From NCBI GenBank assembly GCA_030695905.1, contig JAUYOL010000007.1, forward strand, positions 6,604 to 70,603: a DNA stretch of 64,000 bases, given 5' to 3'. This stretch comes from Candidatus Omnitrophota bacterium (GTDB taxonomy: Bacteria; Omnitrophota; Gorgyraeia; 2-01-FULL-45-10). Below, piece after piece: positions 50,097 through 59,336 of this stretch. The notes beneath the pieces are model-generated. The model was not told the origin of the DNA. It was given only the letters and a program-made list of their open reading frames with translations, and searched no databases. How positions within the stretch are numbered: position 1 is the stretch's first letter; each line of letters opens with the position of its first letter. The translations under genes and the position numbers were made by a program.

Positions 50097-50507
50097 ATGA
50101 TATCTAACAAAAAAGGTTTTACGCTGGTTGAATTAATGCTCGTGGTTATAATAATAGGTGTTTTGGTCGCCATGGTGGCTCCAAGGCTCGCCGGAAGATC
50201 CGAACAGGCTAAGATAGCGGCGGCCCGCGCCGACATTAACGCAAATCTGGCATCAGCGCTTGATCTTTATGAAATCGATAACGGCGTTTATCCGGAAAAA
50301 CTGGAAGATCTTACAGTTAAGCCGGCCAGCGCGCCCAATTGGAAAGGGCCATACCTGAAAAAGAAGCCCATAGATCCATGGGGCAATCCTTATGTCTATA
50401 AATATCCCGGCACGCACGGTGATTATGACTTAAGTTCTCTTGGAAGATCCGGCACGGAGGGCCAAGAAGGAGCGGTGAATAGCTGGGACGAAGAGAAGGA
50501 GAAATGA
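50097..50507 (+). CDS. gspG: major pseudopilin GspG
   Basis: prepilin leader KKG|FTLVELMLVV; GspG signature ...KKPIDPWGNPYVYKYP. Confidence 0.85.
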   Translation: MISNKKGFTLVELMLVVIIIGVLVAMVAPRLAGRSEQAKIAAARADINANLASALDLYEIDNGVYPEKLEDLTVKPASAPNWKGPYLKKKPIDPWGNPYVYKYPGTHGDYDLSSLGRSGTEGQEGAVNSWDEEKEK

Positions 50508-50986
50508 TATTCCGCCTGCATCGGAGTTCCGGATTAACATTGATAGAATTAACATTAGTGACGCTCTTGTTATTAGTTATAGTGGGCCTCTCCGTCCCGA
50601 TATTTAAAAAAACCTTTCAGAACTTATCCGCGAAAGACACTTCTTACAATATCTCCAAACTGATAAATTATGCCCAGGAAATGGCTGTTTTGGAGAGAAA
50701 AAATTTTAAAATAATTTTTGACTTCTCCAAAGGCAAATATCAGCTTTTCGAATTAATCACACAGGCGAAAGAGCCTTTGTATACAAAGGCTCAATCCAGG
50801 TTTGGCAAAATGCTTGGTATTCCACAGGGGTTGACGCTTCGCGGCGACAGGAAGGAAATGATTTTTTATCCTGACGGCCATTGTGATGACATGAAAATAT
50901 ATGTAATGTCGAAGAGAAGTGGTTTTTCTATAATAGTTAAAAGATTCGGCAATAAAGTCGAGATAAAAGAGGTCAATATTGAATAG
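50504..50986 (+). CDS. minor pseudopilin (GspH-like)
   Basis: prepilin-type N-terminus SGLTLIELTLVTLLLLVIVG; position after gspG. Confidence 0.55.
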   Translation: MIFRLHRSSGLTLIELTLVTLLLLVIVGLSVPIFKKTFQNLSAKDTSYNISKLINYAQEMAVLERKNFKIIFDFSKGKYQLFELITQAKEPLYTKAQSRFGKMLGIPQGLTLRGDRKEMIFYPDGHCDDMKIYVMSKRSGFSIIVKRFGNKVEIKEVNIE

Positions 50987-51380
50987 CAAAAAAGGATTCC
51001 TTCTTTTAGAAGTAATCGTAAGCATAGCTATAATTACCGGCGCTCTGGTGTTTGTGACGCGCATCTATACTACGGCAAAATACGCGCTGCAGAGGTCGTC
51101 TGTAATGTTCGTATCTTCTTTATTGTTAGAAAGTAAGATATTTGAATTTGAAGAAAAATGTAGCATAGAAAGAGACTTTAAGGACGGTAAAGAATTTACG
51201 GATGACAAAGACTATCGCTGGTCTATAAATAGCGTGGGCCTCGAAAACGATCCTGTCCTGAACCAGAAGCTGGGCCTTAATCTTGTGACTATGGAAGTGT
51301 TGAGGAATAGAGACCGCCAGGAACGGAAGTCTTATGTTACAAAGTATTATTTAACAACCTATCTCTACGATAAGAAATGA
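50979..51380 (+). CDS. minor pseudopilin (GspI-like)
   Basis: KKGFLLLEVIVSIAII prepilin N-terminus; 133 aa. Confidence 0.55.
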   Translation: MNSKKGFLLLEVIVSIAIITGALVFVTRIYTTAKYALQRSSVMFVSSLLLESKIFEFEEKCSIERDFKDGKEFTDDKDYRWSINSVGLENDPVLNQKLGLNLVTMEVLRNRDRQERKSYVTKYYLTTYLYDKK

Positions 51381-52000
51381 ACAGAAGAAAAAATATAGGT
51401 TTTACTTTCATAGAACTGATCATAGCGGTAACGATATTTTCCATAATAGCCGTGAGTATATATTCTGTCTTTAGGTCAGGAGTGAGGCTCTGGTACAGGG
51501 TAAGCCCGATGATACAGGATAACCAGTCTCTAAGGCTGTTTTTTAATACCATAGCATCCGACCTTAAGAATTCGGTCCAATATCTAAAAAATGGAGAAAA
51601 TTTTGAAGGTGACCGCAGAAAAATGTCCTTTATGACGTTGGTTGAAGTGTCAGAACAGGGATTTCCTTCCCGTATGGAGTTGGCAAAAGTTATATATAAG
51701 CTTGATAGTACCGCGAAATCTGTAAGAAAAGGCATCGCTACCAGGTTGGAAGGTTTTGCAGAAGATTACGCCAAGTTTTCCGACATTTTAAATGATATCG
51801 AAGATAAAGATTTCGCGTTTGAGTATTGCTACAAAATGGGGTCCTCGCCTATTGACTACAGCTATGAGTGGAAAAGTGAATGGGACGACAAAGATAAAGA
51901 GAGCGGCAGGATCCCGCGCGGAATAAAGATAAAAGTTCGCGACAATAGCAAGGTCGTGTTTATCCCTACGGGCACACTCGGCGGCGAAGATGCGTTTTAA
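51377..52000 (+). CDS. minor pseudopilin (GspJ-like)
   Basis: IGFTFIELIIAVTIFSIIAV prepilin N-terminus; 207 aa. Confidence 0.55.
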   Translation: MNRRKNIGFTFIELIIAVTIFSIIAVSIYSVFRSGVRLWYRVSPMIQDNQSLRLFFNTIASDLKNSVQYLKNGENFEGDRRKMSFMTLVEVSEQGFPSRMELAKVIYKLDSTAKSVRKGIATRLEGFAEDYAKFSDILNDIEDKDFAFEYCYKMGSSPIDYSYEWKSEWDDKDKESGRIPRGIKIKVRDNSKVVFIPTGTLGGEDAF

Positions 52001-52919
52001 TAAAAAAGGCACCATACTAATAACGAGCTTATGGATCCTGACGATACTATCCATTTTGGCCATAGGCATAGGGTTTCGCGTTTCTATTGAAGTACGGTTG
52101 AGTAAGTATAATATGGACAGGTTAAAAGGTGTACATATTGCAAAGTCCGGCATTTTCAAATCACAGGAGCTTTTATCCAGGGATAACAGTCCATATGATT
52201 CCATACGTCAATGCGGTTTTGTTCTGCCGGCAGAATGTGAAGTGCAGGATGTATTTACCGAAAAATTGGGTGACGGCACATTTATTGTAAGTTACGATGA
52301 AGAGGGAAGAAATTATTACGGGATGATGGACGAGGATAGGAAGATTAATATAAATAAAGCATCACTGGCTGTCTTGCGAAATCTCCTGGTGAATGAAGAA
52401 GTCGCGTTATCCATAATAAATTGGCGAAGTCCGGGCAGTGGTCTGGATGACAATTACTACAAATCACTCACTTCGCCCTATGAGTGTAAGCATGCCGAGT
52501 TTTGCGCAATAGAGGAGCTGTTGCTTGTAAAGGGCGTTACGCCTGAGTTATTTAGCGCGGTTAAAGATTATGTCACTGTGTATGGCGAGGGGAAGGTCAA
52601 TATAAATACTGCAACCAGGCGGGTATTGCTCGCTTTCGGATTAAATGAAACAGCGGTTCAGGGCATAATAGATTACAGGAATGGCATAGATAATATGGCT
52701 GGCACGAAAGATGATTTAGCATTTTATAGCATACCCAGGCAGGGAGAATTTCAGTATCTTAGTAATGATGATGTGGCCCGGCTGGAAAACTTTACAACGG
52801 TATCAAATTATTTTAAAGTTGAGTCGAAAGGCATGATTGACAAGTCAAAGATAAGTGCTAAAATAGCCTGTATAATTAAAAGAGGAGATAAAAAATTAGT
52901 ATCTTATCGGGAATATTAG
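51990..52919 (+). CDS. gspK: minor pseudopilin GspK
   Basis: N-terminal TM, GspK-like size, internal helix-hairpin-helix-like region (INTATRRVL). Confidence 0.65.
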   Translation: MRFNKKGTILITSLWILTILSILAIGIGFRVSIEVRLSKYNMDRLKGVHIAKSGIFKSQELLSRDNSPYDSIRQCGFVLPAECEVQDVFTEKLGDGTFIVSYDEEGRNYYGMMDEDRKININKASLAVLRNLLVNEEVALSIINWRSPGSGLDDNYYKSLTSPYECKHAEFCAIEELLLVKGVTPELFSAVKDYVTVYGEGKVNINTATRRVLLAFGLNETAVQGIIDYRNGIDNMAGTKDDLAFYSIPRQGEFQYLSNDDVARLENFTTVSNYFKVESKGMIDKSKISAKIACIIKRGDKKLVSYREY

Positions 52920-53038
52920 AAAACCTAAAAAGTTTATTCAGGCCGGACAATCGAGCAGTTTCAATAGAGATCTGTGAAGGTTTTGTTAAAGCTGTAGAAG
53001 CTGAAATTTCAAGAGGAGAAAGACGGATAACGAACATA

Positions 53039-54349
53039 GTGAGCAGCTCTGTATCAGGAAAGGATCCTGAAGCGATAGCCGGCCAGATAAAAGACATGTT
53101 TCAATCGATGGTCTCCGCACGTGAACAGGTGCAGTTGAATATACCAAGGCATCTTGTTACCGCTAGATTTCTCAAAATACCCTCTATTAGCGATGAAGAA
53201 ATAGAAAAGATAATGAAGCTTGAATCTATCAAGCACCTGCCTTACACAGATGAGAGTGTTATATACGGATACAGAATAGTAGAAAAGACCGCGGACGGTT
53301 ATTCTAAAGTGCTGCTATCTATAGCGCAGGCCCAGGCCGTGAATAATTTTATAAACATTTTAAAAATGGCCGGTACAGAAAATTTAAAACATTTATCCTT
53401 GAGTTCAGAGGCGCTTTTTTTATGGTATATGCAGGCAATGGAAGGCAAGGAAAAAGAAACCGCTATGGTAGTCAATCTTGACCGGGACCATATAGACGTA
53501 GACGTTATAGAAAAAGACAAGTTAGTATTTACAAGAGGTGTTGCCTTTGATATGAAGGATTCTAAAGCAATTGACAAGATGGCGAGCGAGATAAAGGTGT
53601 CCATAACCAGTTATCAGAAAGAATCTTCTAACGTGATTGGAAGAGTTATATTAACGGGCCAGAAGAATGAATGCGAAGTATTAAAGGCCCTGCTTGTCAA
53701 AGAAGTAAAAGTGCCGGTTGAAATTATAAGTCAGACGGAAAATGTGCCTCTTGGCGAAGATGTGGAAATAGGAAGTGAAAATGTTTCTTTTGCGGAGTCA
53801 TTCGGGCTATTACTGCGGCCGGAAGATATCAAGATAAACCTTATACCTAAGGAAGTTCACGAAGAAACGCGCTTTGTGTTGTCGAAGAATAATTTTATAA
53901 CGGCTATCTTCCTTTCACTGCTTTTATGCGCGATCATTTTCGGTATTACTGTAAAGAAACTGCACGATAAGCATATTTATCTGTCGGTGATGAATACGGA
54001 ATTAAAGAAGATTGAGCCAGATGTTGTTTTCGCGAAAAAAATGGCGAAGGACATAAAAGTTATACAGGAGATGATGGATAGAAAACCGCTGGCCATAGAT
54101 GTAATTTCCGAAGTTTATGCTATAACGCCCGGGGGCATATCTTTAAATATAATCGATTTCGAGAGCGGTAAAACACTTACAGTCAGGGGCAATGCGCCGG
54201 CCTTGAGTGAAGTGCTGAAATATGTGACTTCTATAGAAGGTTCGCCCTATTTTGAAGGCGTTAAGATAAAATATGCCAATAAGCGAATAGTTGAAAACAG
54301 GGAAGCGGTTGATTTTGAAATAGACGCGGTATTGTCTAAATTAAAGTAG
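53039..54349 (+). CDS. GspL-like inner-membrane assembly protein with actin-like (PilM-type) cytoplasmic domain
   Basis: PilM-like N-terminal domain, single TM (FITAIFLSLLLCAIIFGI), periplasmic GspL/PilN-like C-terminus; the true start is probably upstream (see findings). Confidence 0.55.
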   Translation: MSSSVSGKDPEAIAGQIKDMFQSMVSAREQVQLNIPRHLVTARFLKIPSISDEEIEKIMKLESIKHLPYTDESVIYGYRIVEKTADGYSKVLLSIAQAQAVNNFINILKMAGTENLKHLSLSSEALFLWYMQAMEGKEKETAMVVNLDRDHIDVDVIEKDKLVFTRGVAFDMKDSKAIDKMASEIKVSITSYQKESSNVIGRVILTGQKNECEVLKALLVKEVKVPVEIISQTENVPLGEDVEIGSENVSFAESFGLLLRPEDIKINLIPKEVHEETRFVLSKNNFITAIFLSLLLCAIIFGITVKKLHDKHIYLSVMNTELKKIEPDVVFAKKMAKDIKVIQEMMDRKPLAIDVISEVYAITPGGISLNIIDFESGKTLTVRGNAPALSEVLKYVTSIEGSPYFEGVKIKYANKRIVENREAVDFEIDAVLSKLK

Positions 54350-54358
54350 GTATTCGGT

Positions 54359-54898
54359 ATGATGTTTATAAATAATTTAAATAAAAGAGAAAAGACCCTT
54401 GCGATTGTAGCCGTTTCGGTAGTTTCTATATCTATCGTGTACGCTCTTCTGATAGTGCCGCTATTCGCAAAGTGGATAGACCTGAATAATCAGATTAGGT
54501 CAAAAGTGAATATGTTAGAGTCAGGGTTCAAGATGCTCGCAAATCAAAAACAGCTTAATGAGGAATATGCTAAGGTGTCAAAATATGCCAAACACATGAA
54601 GAGTGATGAGCAGGCGGTTGCGGATACACTTGCCTATATTGAAACTCTTTCAAGGAATGACGCATGTCTTATAGTAAATATAAAACCTGTCGGCACAACG
54701 AAAGCGGACCACTACAAAGAGATATTGATAGATATTTCCGCGGAGGCAAATATGAGTCAATTCTCCAAATTTTTATATGATATAGAAAATCCAAGAGATA
54801 CGTTGATAAGCGTAAAGAGGTTTGCTTTAAGCCCTAAATCAGGACAAGCCGATATTCTAAAAGGCACCTTCCTTATAAGCAAAATATTGTTAGATTAG
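54359..54898 (+). CDS. GspM/PilO-like bitopic assembly protein
   Basis: N-terminal TM, coiled-coil, 179 aa; position in cluster. Confidence 0.45.
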   Translation: MMFINNLNKREKTLAIVAVSVVSISIVYALLIVPLFAKWIDLNNQIRSKVNMLESGFKMLANQKQLNEEYAKVSKYAKHMKSDEQAVADTLAYIETLSRNDACLIVNIKPVGTTKADHYKEILIDISAEANMSQFSKFLYDIENPRDTLISVKRFALSPKSGQADILKGTFLISKILLD

Positions 54899-54963
54899 CC
54901 AGCCTTATTCTTAAACCAGATAATATACTTAACCAATTGACAAACAAGCATGTTATGATATAC

Positions 54964-55004
54964 TCTCTATATAGAGAGTTGTGTATAGCTCTCTACCCAG
55001 AGAG
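54964..55004 (+). promoter_or_regulatory. two palindromic operator-like sites (CTCTCTATATAGAGAG and CTCTCTACCCAGAGAG) overlapping the promoter and RBS of the MerR-family gene
   Basis: perfect 16-bp palindrome at 54964-54979 directly after the TTGACA(54937)-N16-TATACT promoter; related imperfect palindrome at 54989-55004, 5 nt before the ATG. Confidence 0.55.
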
Positions 55005-55009
55005 TTAAT

Positions 55010-55252
55010 ATGGAAAAGAAAGATATTTATCTAATAAAGGACCTCGCAAGGCTTGCAGGTATATCCATCTATACCATAAAATACTATATCAAATTAGGGC
55101 TTATAAAAGAGATGGGCAGGAGCCCGGAAACCCGCTTTAGGTATTTTGATGATTTGACAGTAGGAGATCTGAAGAAGATAATAGCCTACAAAAGAGAAAA
55201 AATGTCTTTAAGCAGTATCTTGGATATCTTAAAAGAAAAGAAGGCGAGATGA
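55010..55252 (+). CDS. MerR-family HTH transcriptional regulator (80 aa)
   Basis: IKDLARLAGISIYTIKYYIKLGLI MerR-type HTH. Confidence 0.7.
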   Translation: MEKKDIYLIKDLARLAGISIYTIKYYIKLGLIKEMGRSPETRFRYFDDLTVGDLKKIIAYKREKMSLSSILDILKEKKAR

Positions 55253-56064
55253 GTTATTACGAAGTTCTCGGTTTAAATAAAGAACCTTTTTCTACCAGCC
55301 CTGATCCCGTATTTTTTTATCGTTCATCATCCCACAATGCCGCATTGCAGAGATTGGAGATACTAGTTCGTCTTAAAAGAGGCCTGGGCCTTATACTGGG
55401 AGATGTTGGCGTAGGAAAAACAACGATGTCCCGAGCGCTCTTACAGAATTTTGCCAATGAGCAGGATTATATATTTCACATAATCCTGGACCCTTCTTAC
55501 AAATCAGAGTTCCAATTTTTATCGAGCCTCGCAAAGATGTTTGGTATAAAACCTAATTCGCGTTCCACGCTTGATTACAGAGAAGAGATCGAAAGGTATC
55601 TTTTTAAAAAAGGTGTGGATGAGCATAAGACCGTTGTTTTGTTGATAGATGAGGGACAAAAGTTGTCTACGCCGTTTCTTGAAATATTGAGGACGGTCTT
55701 AAACTATGAAACAAATGAATATAAGCTTTTGCAGCTGGTCATAGTAGCACAGATGGAACTCTTGCCCAGGATAAAAAAAATAAAGAATTTTTATGACAGA
55801 ATAGGCTTGAAGTACATAATAAATGCCTTAGATGAAGAAGAGACGAAAAAGATGATATTCTTCAGGTTGAAGCAGGCGGGCCTCGAGGATCCAGAAAGAT
55901 TATTCACCGACGGCTCTCTCAAATTAATATTCGGATATAGCCAGGGATATCCCAGAAAGACGGCTATGGTATGCCATGATGCGCTTGAATTTCTCGTGAT
56001 GAATGGCAAGGGCGTGGTGGATGAATCGGTTGTTAATGAAGTTATAAAAAAGGTGTCTATTTAG
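55249..56064 (+). CDS. ExeA/GspA-like AAA ATPase (T2SS secretin-assembly factor)
   Basis: GLGLILGDVGVGKTT Walker A; ExeA-like size; in T2SS cluster. Confidence 0.7.
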   Translation: MSYYEVLGLNKEPFSTSPDPVFFYRSSSHNAALQRLEILVRLKRGLGLILGDVGVGKTTMSRALLQNFANEQDYIFHIILDPSYKSEFQFLSSLAKMFGIKPNSRSTLDYREEIERYLFKKGVDEHKTVVLLIDEGQKLSTPFLEILRTVLNYETNEYKLLQLVIVAQMELLPRIKKIKNFYDRIGLKYIINALDEEETKKMIFFRLKQAGLEDPERLFTDGSLKLIFGYSQGYPRKTAMVCHDALEFLVMNGKGVVDESVVNEVIKKVSI

Positions 56065-56742
56065 ATGCAGCGAGATATATCTCCGGAAGAAAAATTATTA
56101 TCAATAATAAAGGGTAATCACGATAAGGTTCCCGCTGAAAAAGGCACAGGCAAGCCTGATGCAAAGGACATGGGGATCAAGCCCGTTAGCCCCAGTGGTA
56201 AGATAGATGATTATGTGTCGATTATTCTTAAGAGTAGTTTTTTTAAAAACAATATATTTGATCCTGGCATTCTGAAGGTATTTAACAGGTGCATGGCAAT
56301 AATCCTGGTTATTGCTGTTCTATATTTTATCGGGGATATATTTTTTGTGCGCGCATCCGGCAAGGCCAATTCTATAATAGCGGGCTTTTCCAGCAGCGTG
56401 ATGCCGGCGCAGCTCGCACCGAAAACCGCGAAGATTGAAGCAAGGAATTATTCTTATTATTCAAATAAAGTTGCCGGAAAGAAGATATTTGGGGCAGGCA
56501 CTTATGTCGCTGCTGAATTTCAGTCAGGGGCCCAGTCAGCAGGTGAGCAGTCGGAAAGCAATATAGGGCTTGTTGGAATAATACCGGGGGCCAGGGCCCA
56601 GGCCATAATAGAAGATAGAAAAGCCCAGAAGACGTATTATCTTATGAAAGGGCAGTCAGTTAACGATATCAGCGTAGAAGATATAGATAGGGATAAAGTT
56701 ACGATTGAGTATAAAGGGAAGAGAATGAGCCTTTTCCTGTAG
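56065..56742 (+). CDS. bitopic GspC/GspB/PilP-like protein
   Basis: cytoplasmic N-terminus, one TM, periplasmic C-terminal beta domain (...QSVNDISVEDIDRDKVTIEYKGKRMSLFL). Confidence 0.4.
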   Translation: MQRDISPEEKLLSIIKGNHDKVPAEKGTGKPDAKDMGIKPVSPSGKIDDYVSIILKSSFFKNNIFDPGILKVFNRCMAIILVIAVLYFIGDIFFVRASGKANSIIAGFSSSVMPAQLAPKTAKIEARNYSYYSNKVAGKKIFGAGTYVAAEFQSGAQSAGEQSESNIGLVGIIPGARAQAIIEDRKAQKTYYLMKGQSVNDISVEDIDRDKVTIEYKGKRMSLFL

Positions 56743-56752
56743 GAGGTGTTGT

Positions 56753-58744
56753 ATGAAAAAACAAATTATAGCCGCATTTACCCTGGTTTTATTTTTAAGT
56801 ATGGCTTGCGACCCAATATTGCAGATGATTGCCGAAGCTCAGGATTCTGCCATGCCACCCACATCCGAGCTTGCTGGTATTCAATCAGATCAGGAATCGG
56901 GCAAAGTATCTTTGGATCTTAAAGGCATGGATATAGTCGAAGTTATAAAGATGCTTGCCACCAAGGGAAACCTTAATGTTGTGCTTGGCACCGATGTGAA
57001 GGGGAAAGTGACCATATTTTTAAAAAGTGTCAATCTTATGGACGCGCTCGACATTATTCTTATCGCGAACAATCTGGCATATGACAGGCGTGGCGACATA
57101 ATATACATAATGAGCCAGAGGGATTATGAAAGAATGTATGGCGAAAAATATGCCGAGAAGAAAGAGGCCATGATATTCCGGCTTAAATATGCCAAGGCTG
57201 CAGATATCGGTAAGGCATTGAACCAGATAAAGACAAAGGTAGGAAAAATTATCATCGATGAAGGGTCAAATACAATCGTTGCTATGGACAATCCCTCCGC
57301 AATCGTGCGGATGAATGAAACAATTCAGAGTATAGATACTCCAACCGTCACCAAGATATTTGAGCTTAGGTACGCCAAGGCCACGGATATGAAAGATAAG
57401 GTCGTAGAAAGCCTTACAAAAGGTATGGGTACTATTCAGATAGATGAGAGGACAAACAAGATAGCCATTACCGATCTTGAGAAAAAGCTCCAGGACATAG
57501 AGAAGATGATCGTAGCGTTCGATGATAAATCACAGCAGGTGCTTATCGAGGCTAAAATACTGCAGATTACGCTGAGCGACCAGCTGAAGCTTGGTGTCGA
57601 CTGGACCAGCGTTATAAAACAGTTGCAGAAGGAGATAAATTTAAAAAGCGCATTTCAGCTGGCTGCCTTTAATGCATTCGGGCCTCCGGGCGCGGAAATG
57701 CTTATAGGAAGCTTGGGAGACTCCGGCGATGTAAACATAATGATACAGGTATTGAAGACTATAGGAGATACCAATCTTCTTTCAAGTCCGCGGATAACCG
57801 CCCTGAATAATCAGGAAGCAAAGATATTGATAGGCACTTCCCAGCCCTATGCGACAAATACGGTGACGCAGACTACGGGGACTGCCACAACAGGCACCAA
57901 TATAAGTTTTCTTGATATTGGTGTGAAATTATACGTAACCCCCACGATAAATAAAGATGGTTTTATAACCATGAAGATAAGGCCTGAGGTAAGCTCAACA
58001 AACAGTAATTACACATATGGTACGCCCGCTACAACTATACCGGTAGTCCAGACTACTCAGGCTGAGACGAGTGTCAGTATCAAGGACGGTGCTACGATAA
58101 TCATAGGGGGCTTAATAAAAGATCAGAGGACCGAAACGGTAAATAAAATCCCAATATTAGGCGATCTGCCGATTATTAAATATGCTTTCAGTAATACGGA
58201 TGTCAAGGTGGAAAAACAGGAACTCGTTATATTTTTAACCCCTCATATAATAAGTGGTGAATCGGATTATATGGACCCGCCAAAAACACCGCCTATAGAC
58301 GAAGGTAGATTTACTGTACCGGAAAAACCGGCTTTTGAAAGAAGGGATGAAGTTTCCATGAAGCCCGGCATGTTCAAAGGCGCAAAAAAATACCAAAGCG
58401 AAGAAGATTCCTCTATGGGTCCGGTAAAAAAATCCACTATGGAGACGGTAAGCATAGCGTCAACGTCACAGGAATATTATTATTCTGTCAAAAACAAAAT
58501 AATAGAGCATATATCTTTACCTAAAGACGCAAAATATTCTCAGATCAAAGGCAAGGTCAAATTATCGTTTTTCCTGACGCCTGCGGGTAAAGTTACAAGG
58601 GGTCCGGATATACTTGAGTCGTCAAATCATGAATTGGACGATATAGCGCTTAGGGCCGTAAAGAGGGCCGGTTCATTTTCGGTCTTTCCGGAAGATATGG
58701 GTAGAGGAGAAAAACGTTTTGTTATGGATATAGCCTTTGAATAA
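56753..58744 (+). CDS. gspD: T2SS secretin GspD with C-terminal TonB_C-like domain
   Basis: signal peptide; N0/N1-type domains; secretin core (GGLIKDQRTETVNKIPILGDLPIIKYAF...ELVIFLTPHII); last ~90 aa match the TonB/TolA C-terminal pattern. Confidence 0.85.
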   Translation: MKKQIIAAFTLVLFLSMACDPILQMIAEAQDSAMPPTSELAGIQSDQESGKVSLDLKGMDIVEVIKMLATKGNLNVVLGTDVKGKVTIFLKSVNLMDALDIILIANNLAYDRRGDIIYIMSQRDYERMYGEKYAEKKEAMIFRLKYAKAADIGKALNQIKTKVGKIIIDEGSNTIVAMDNPSAIVRMNETIQSIDTPTVTKIFELRYAKATDMKDKVVESLTKGMGTIQIDERTNKIAITDLEKKLQDIEKMIVAFDDKSQQVLIEAKILQITLSDQLKLGVDWTSVIKQLQKEINLKSAFQLAAFNAFGPPGAEMLIGSLGDSGDVNIMIQVLKTIGDTNLLSSPRITALNNQEAKILIGTSQPYATNTVTQTTGTATTGTNISFLDIGVKLYVTPTINKDGFITMKIRPEVSSTNSNYTYGTPATTIPVVQTTQAETSVSIKDGATIIIGGLIKDQRTETVNKIPILGDLPIIKYAFSNTDVKVEKQELVIFLTPHIISGESDYMDPPKTPPIDEGRFTVPEKPAFERRDEVSMKPGMFKGAKKYQSEEDSSMGPVKKSTMETVSIASTSQEYYYSVKNKIIEHISLPKDAKYSQIKGKVKLSFFLTPAGKVTRGPDILESSNHELDDIALRAVKRAGSFSVFPEDMGRGEKRFVMDIAFE

Positions 58745-58776
58745 TATTTTAATAAAGCCGTCACAAAAGGGGGCCG

Positions 58777-59313
58777 TTGATGAATAAAGACGACAGAACT
58801 TTTTTAATCGTGTCATTTATGGTCATCATATTATTACTATTCGCCGTGGGCTCTCTCTATATGATGAAAGAAAATGAGAAAGAGAAGAGAGTGGGCCTGC
58901 AAAGGCAGGTGGACGCGCTTGTGATTGAAAAGCAGAACTTAGAGTTGAGGCTAAAAGAGTCAGAAGTCAGCAATGCGCAGGCCTCGTCCACCATTAAATT
59001 TCAGGAAGAAAGGATAAGTTTCCTGTCCAGGGAGCTTGAGGATGAGAAATCGTCCAGCGGGAAAAATATTGTTAAGATTCAAGAAAAAGAGTTTGAAATA
59101 CAGAATCTCAAGGCCAGAATAGAAGATATCAAATCGGAAAAACAGGAAACTCAAAGAAATTCGGAAAAACTTAACGAAGAGTATCTGAATATTAAGTTTC
59201 AGATGGAAAATCTGATTAAGACGAAAGAAGAGTTAGAGAAAAGGGCAAAAGAACTTGTTGATAAAGAAGGTGTTTCTCTCGGCACTGTAGTGATCAAGAG
59301 GCCAAATAATTAA
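58777..59313 (+). CDS. membrane-anchored coiled-coil protein
   Basis: N-terminal TM then heptad-rich segment; no family assignment. Confidence 0.4.
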   Translation: MMNKDDRTFLIVSFMVIILLLFAVGSLYMMKENEKEKRVGLQRQVDALVIEKQNLELRLKESEVSNAQASSTIKFQEERISFLSRELEDEKSSSGKNIVKIQEKEFEIQNLKARIEDIKSEKQETQRNSEKLNEEYLNIKFQMENLIKTKEELEKRAKELVDKEGVSLGTVVIKRPNN

Positions 59314-59336
59314 AAATCAGAAAGCGTGGCAGTGAT

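Noticed and set aside
47142-58744. Interpretation of the secretion cluster as a type IVa pilus rather than a T2SS
   Set aside because: GspG-type signature in the major pseudopilin, an ExeA-like ATPase, and no PilT or PilA-like long pilin in the window favour a T2SS. This is not fully excluded (see finding).
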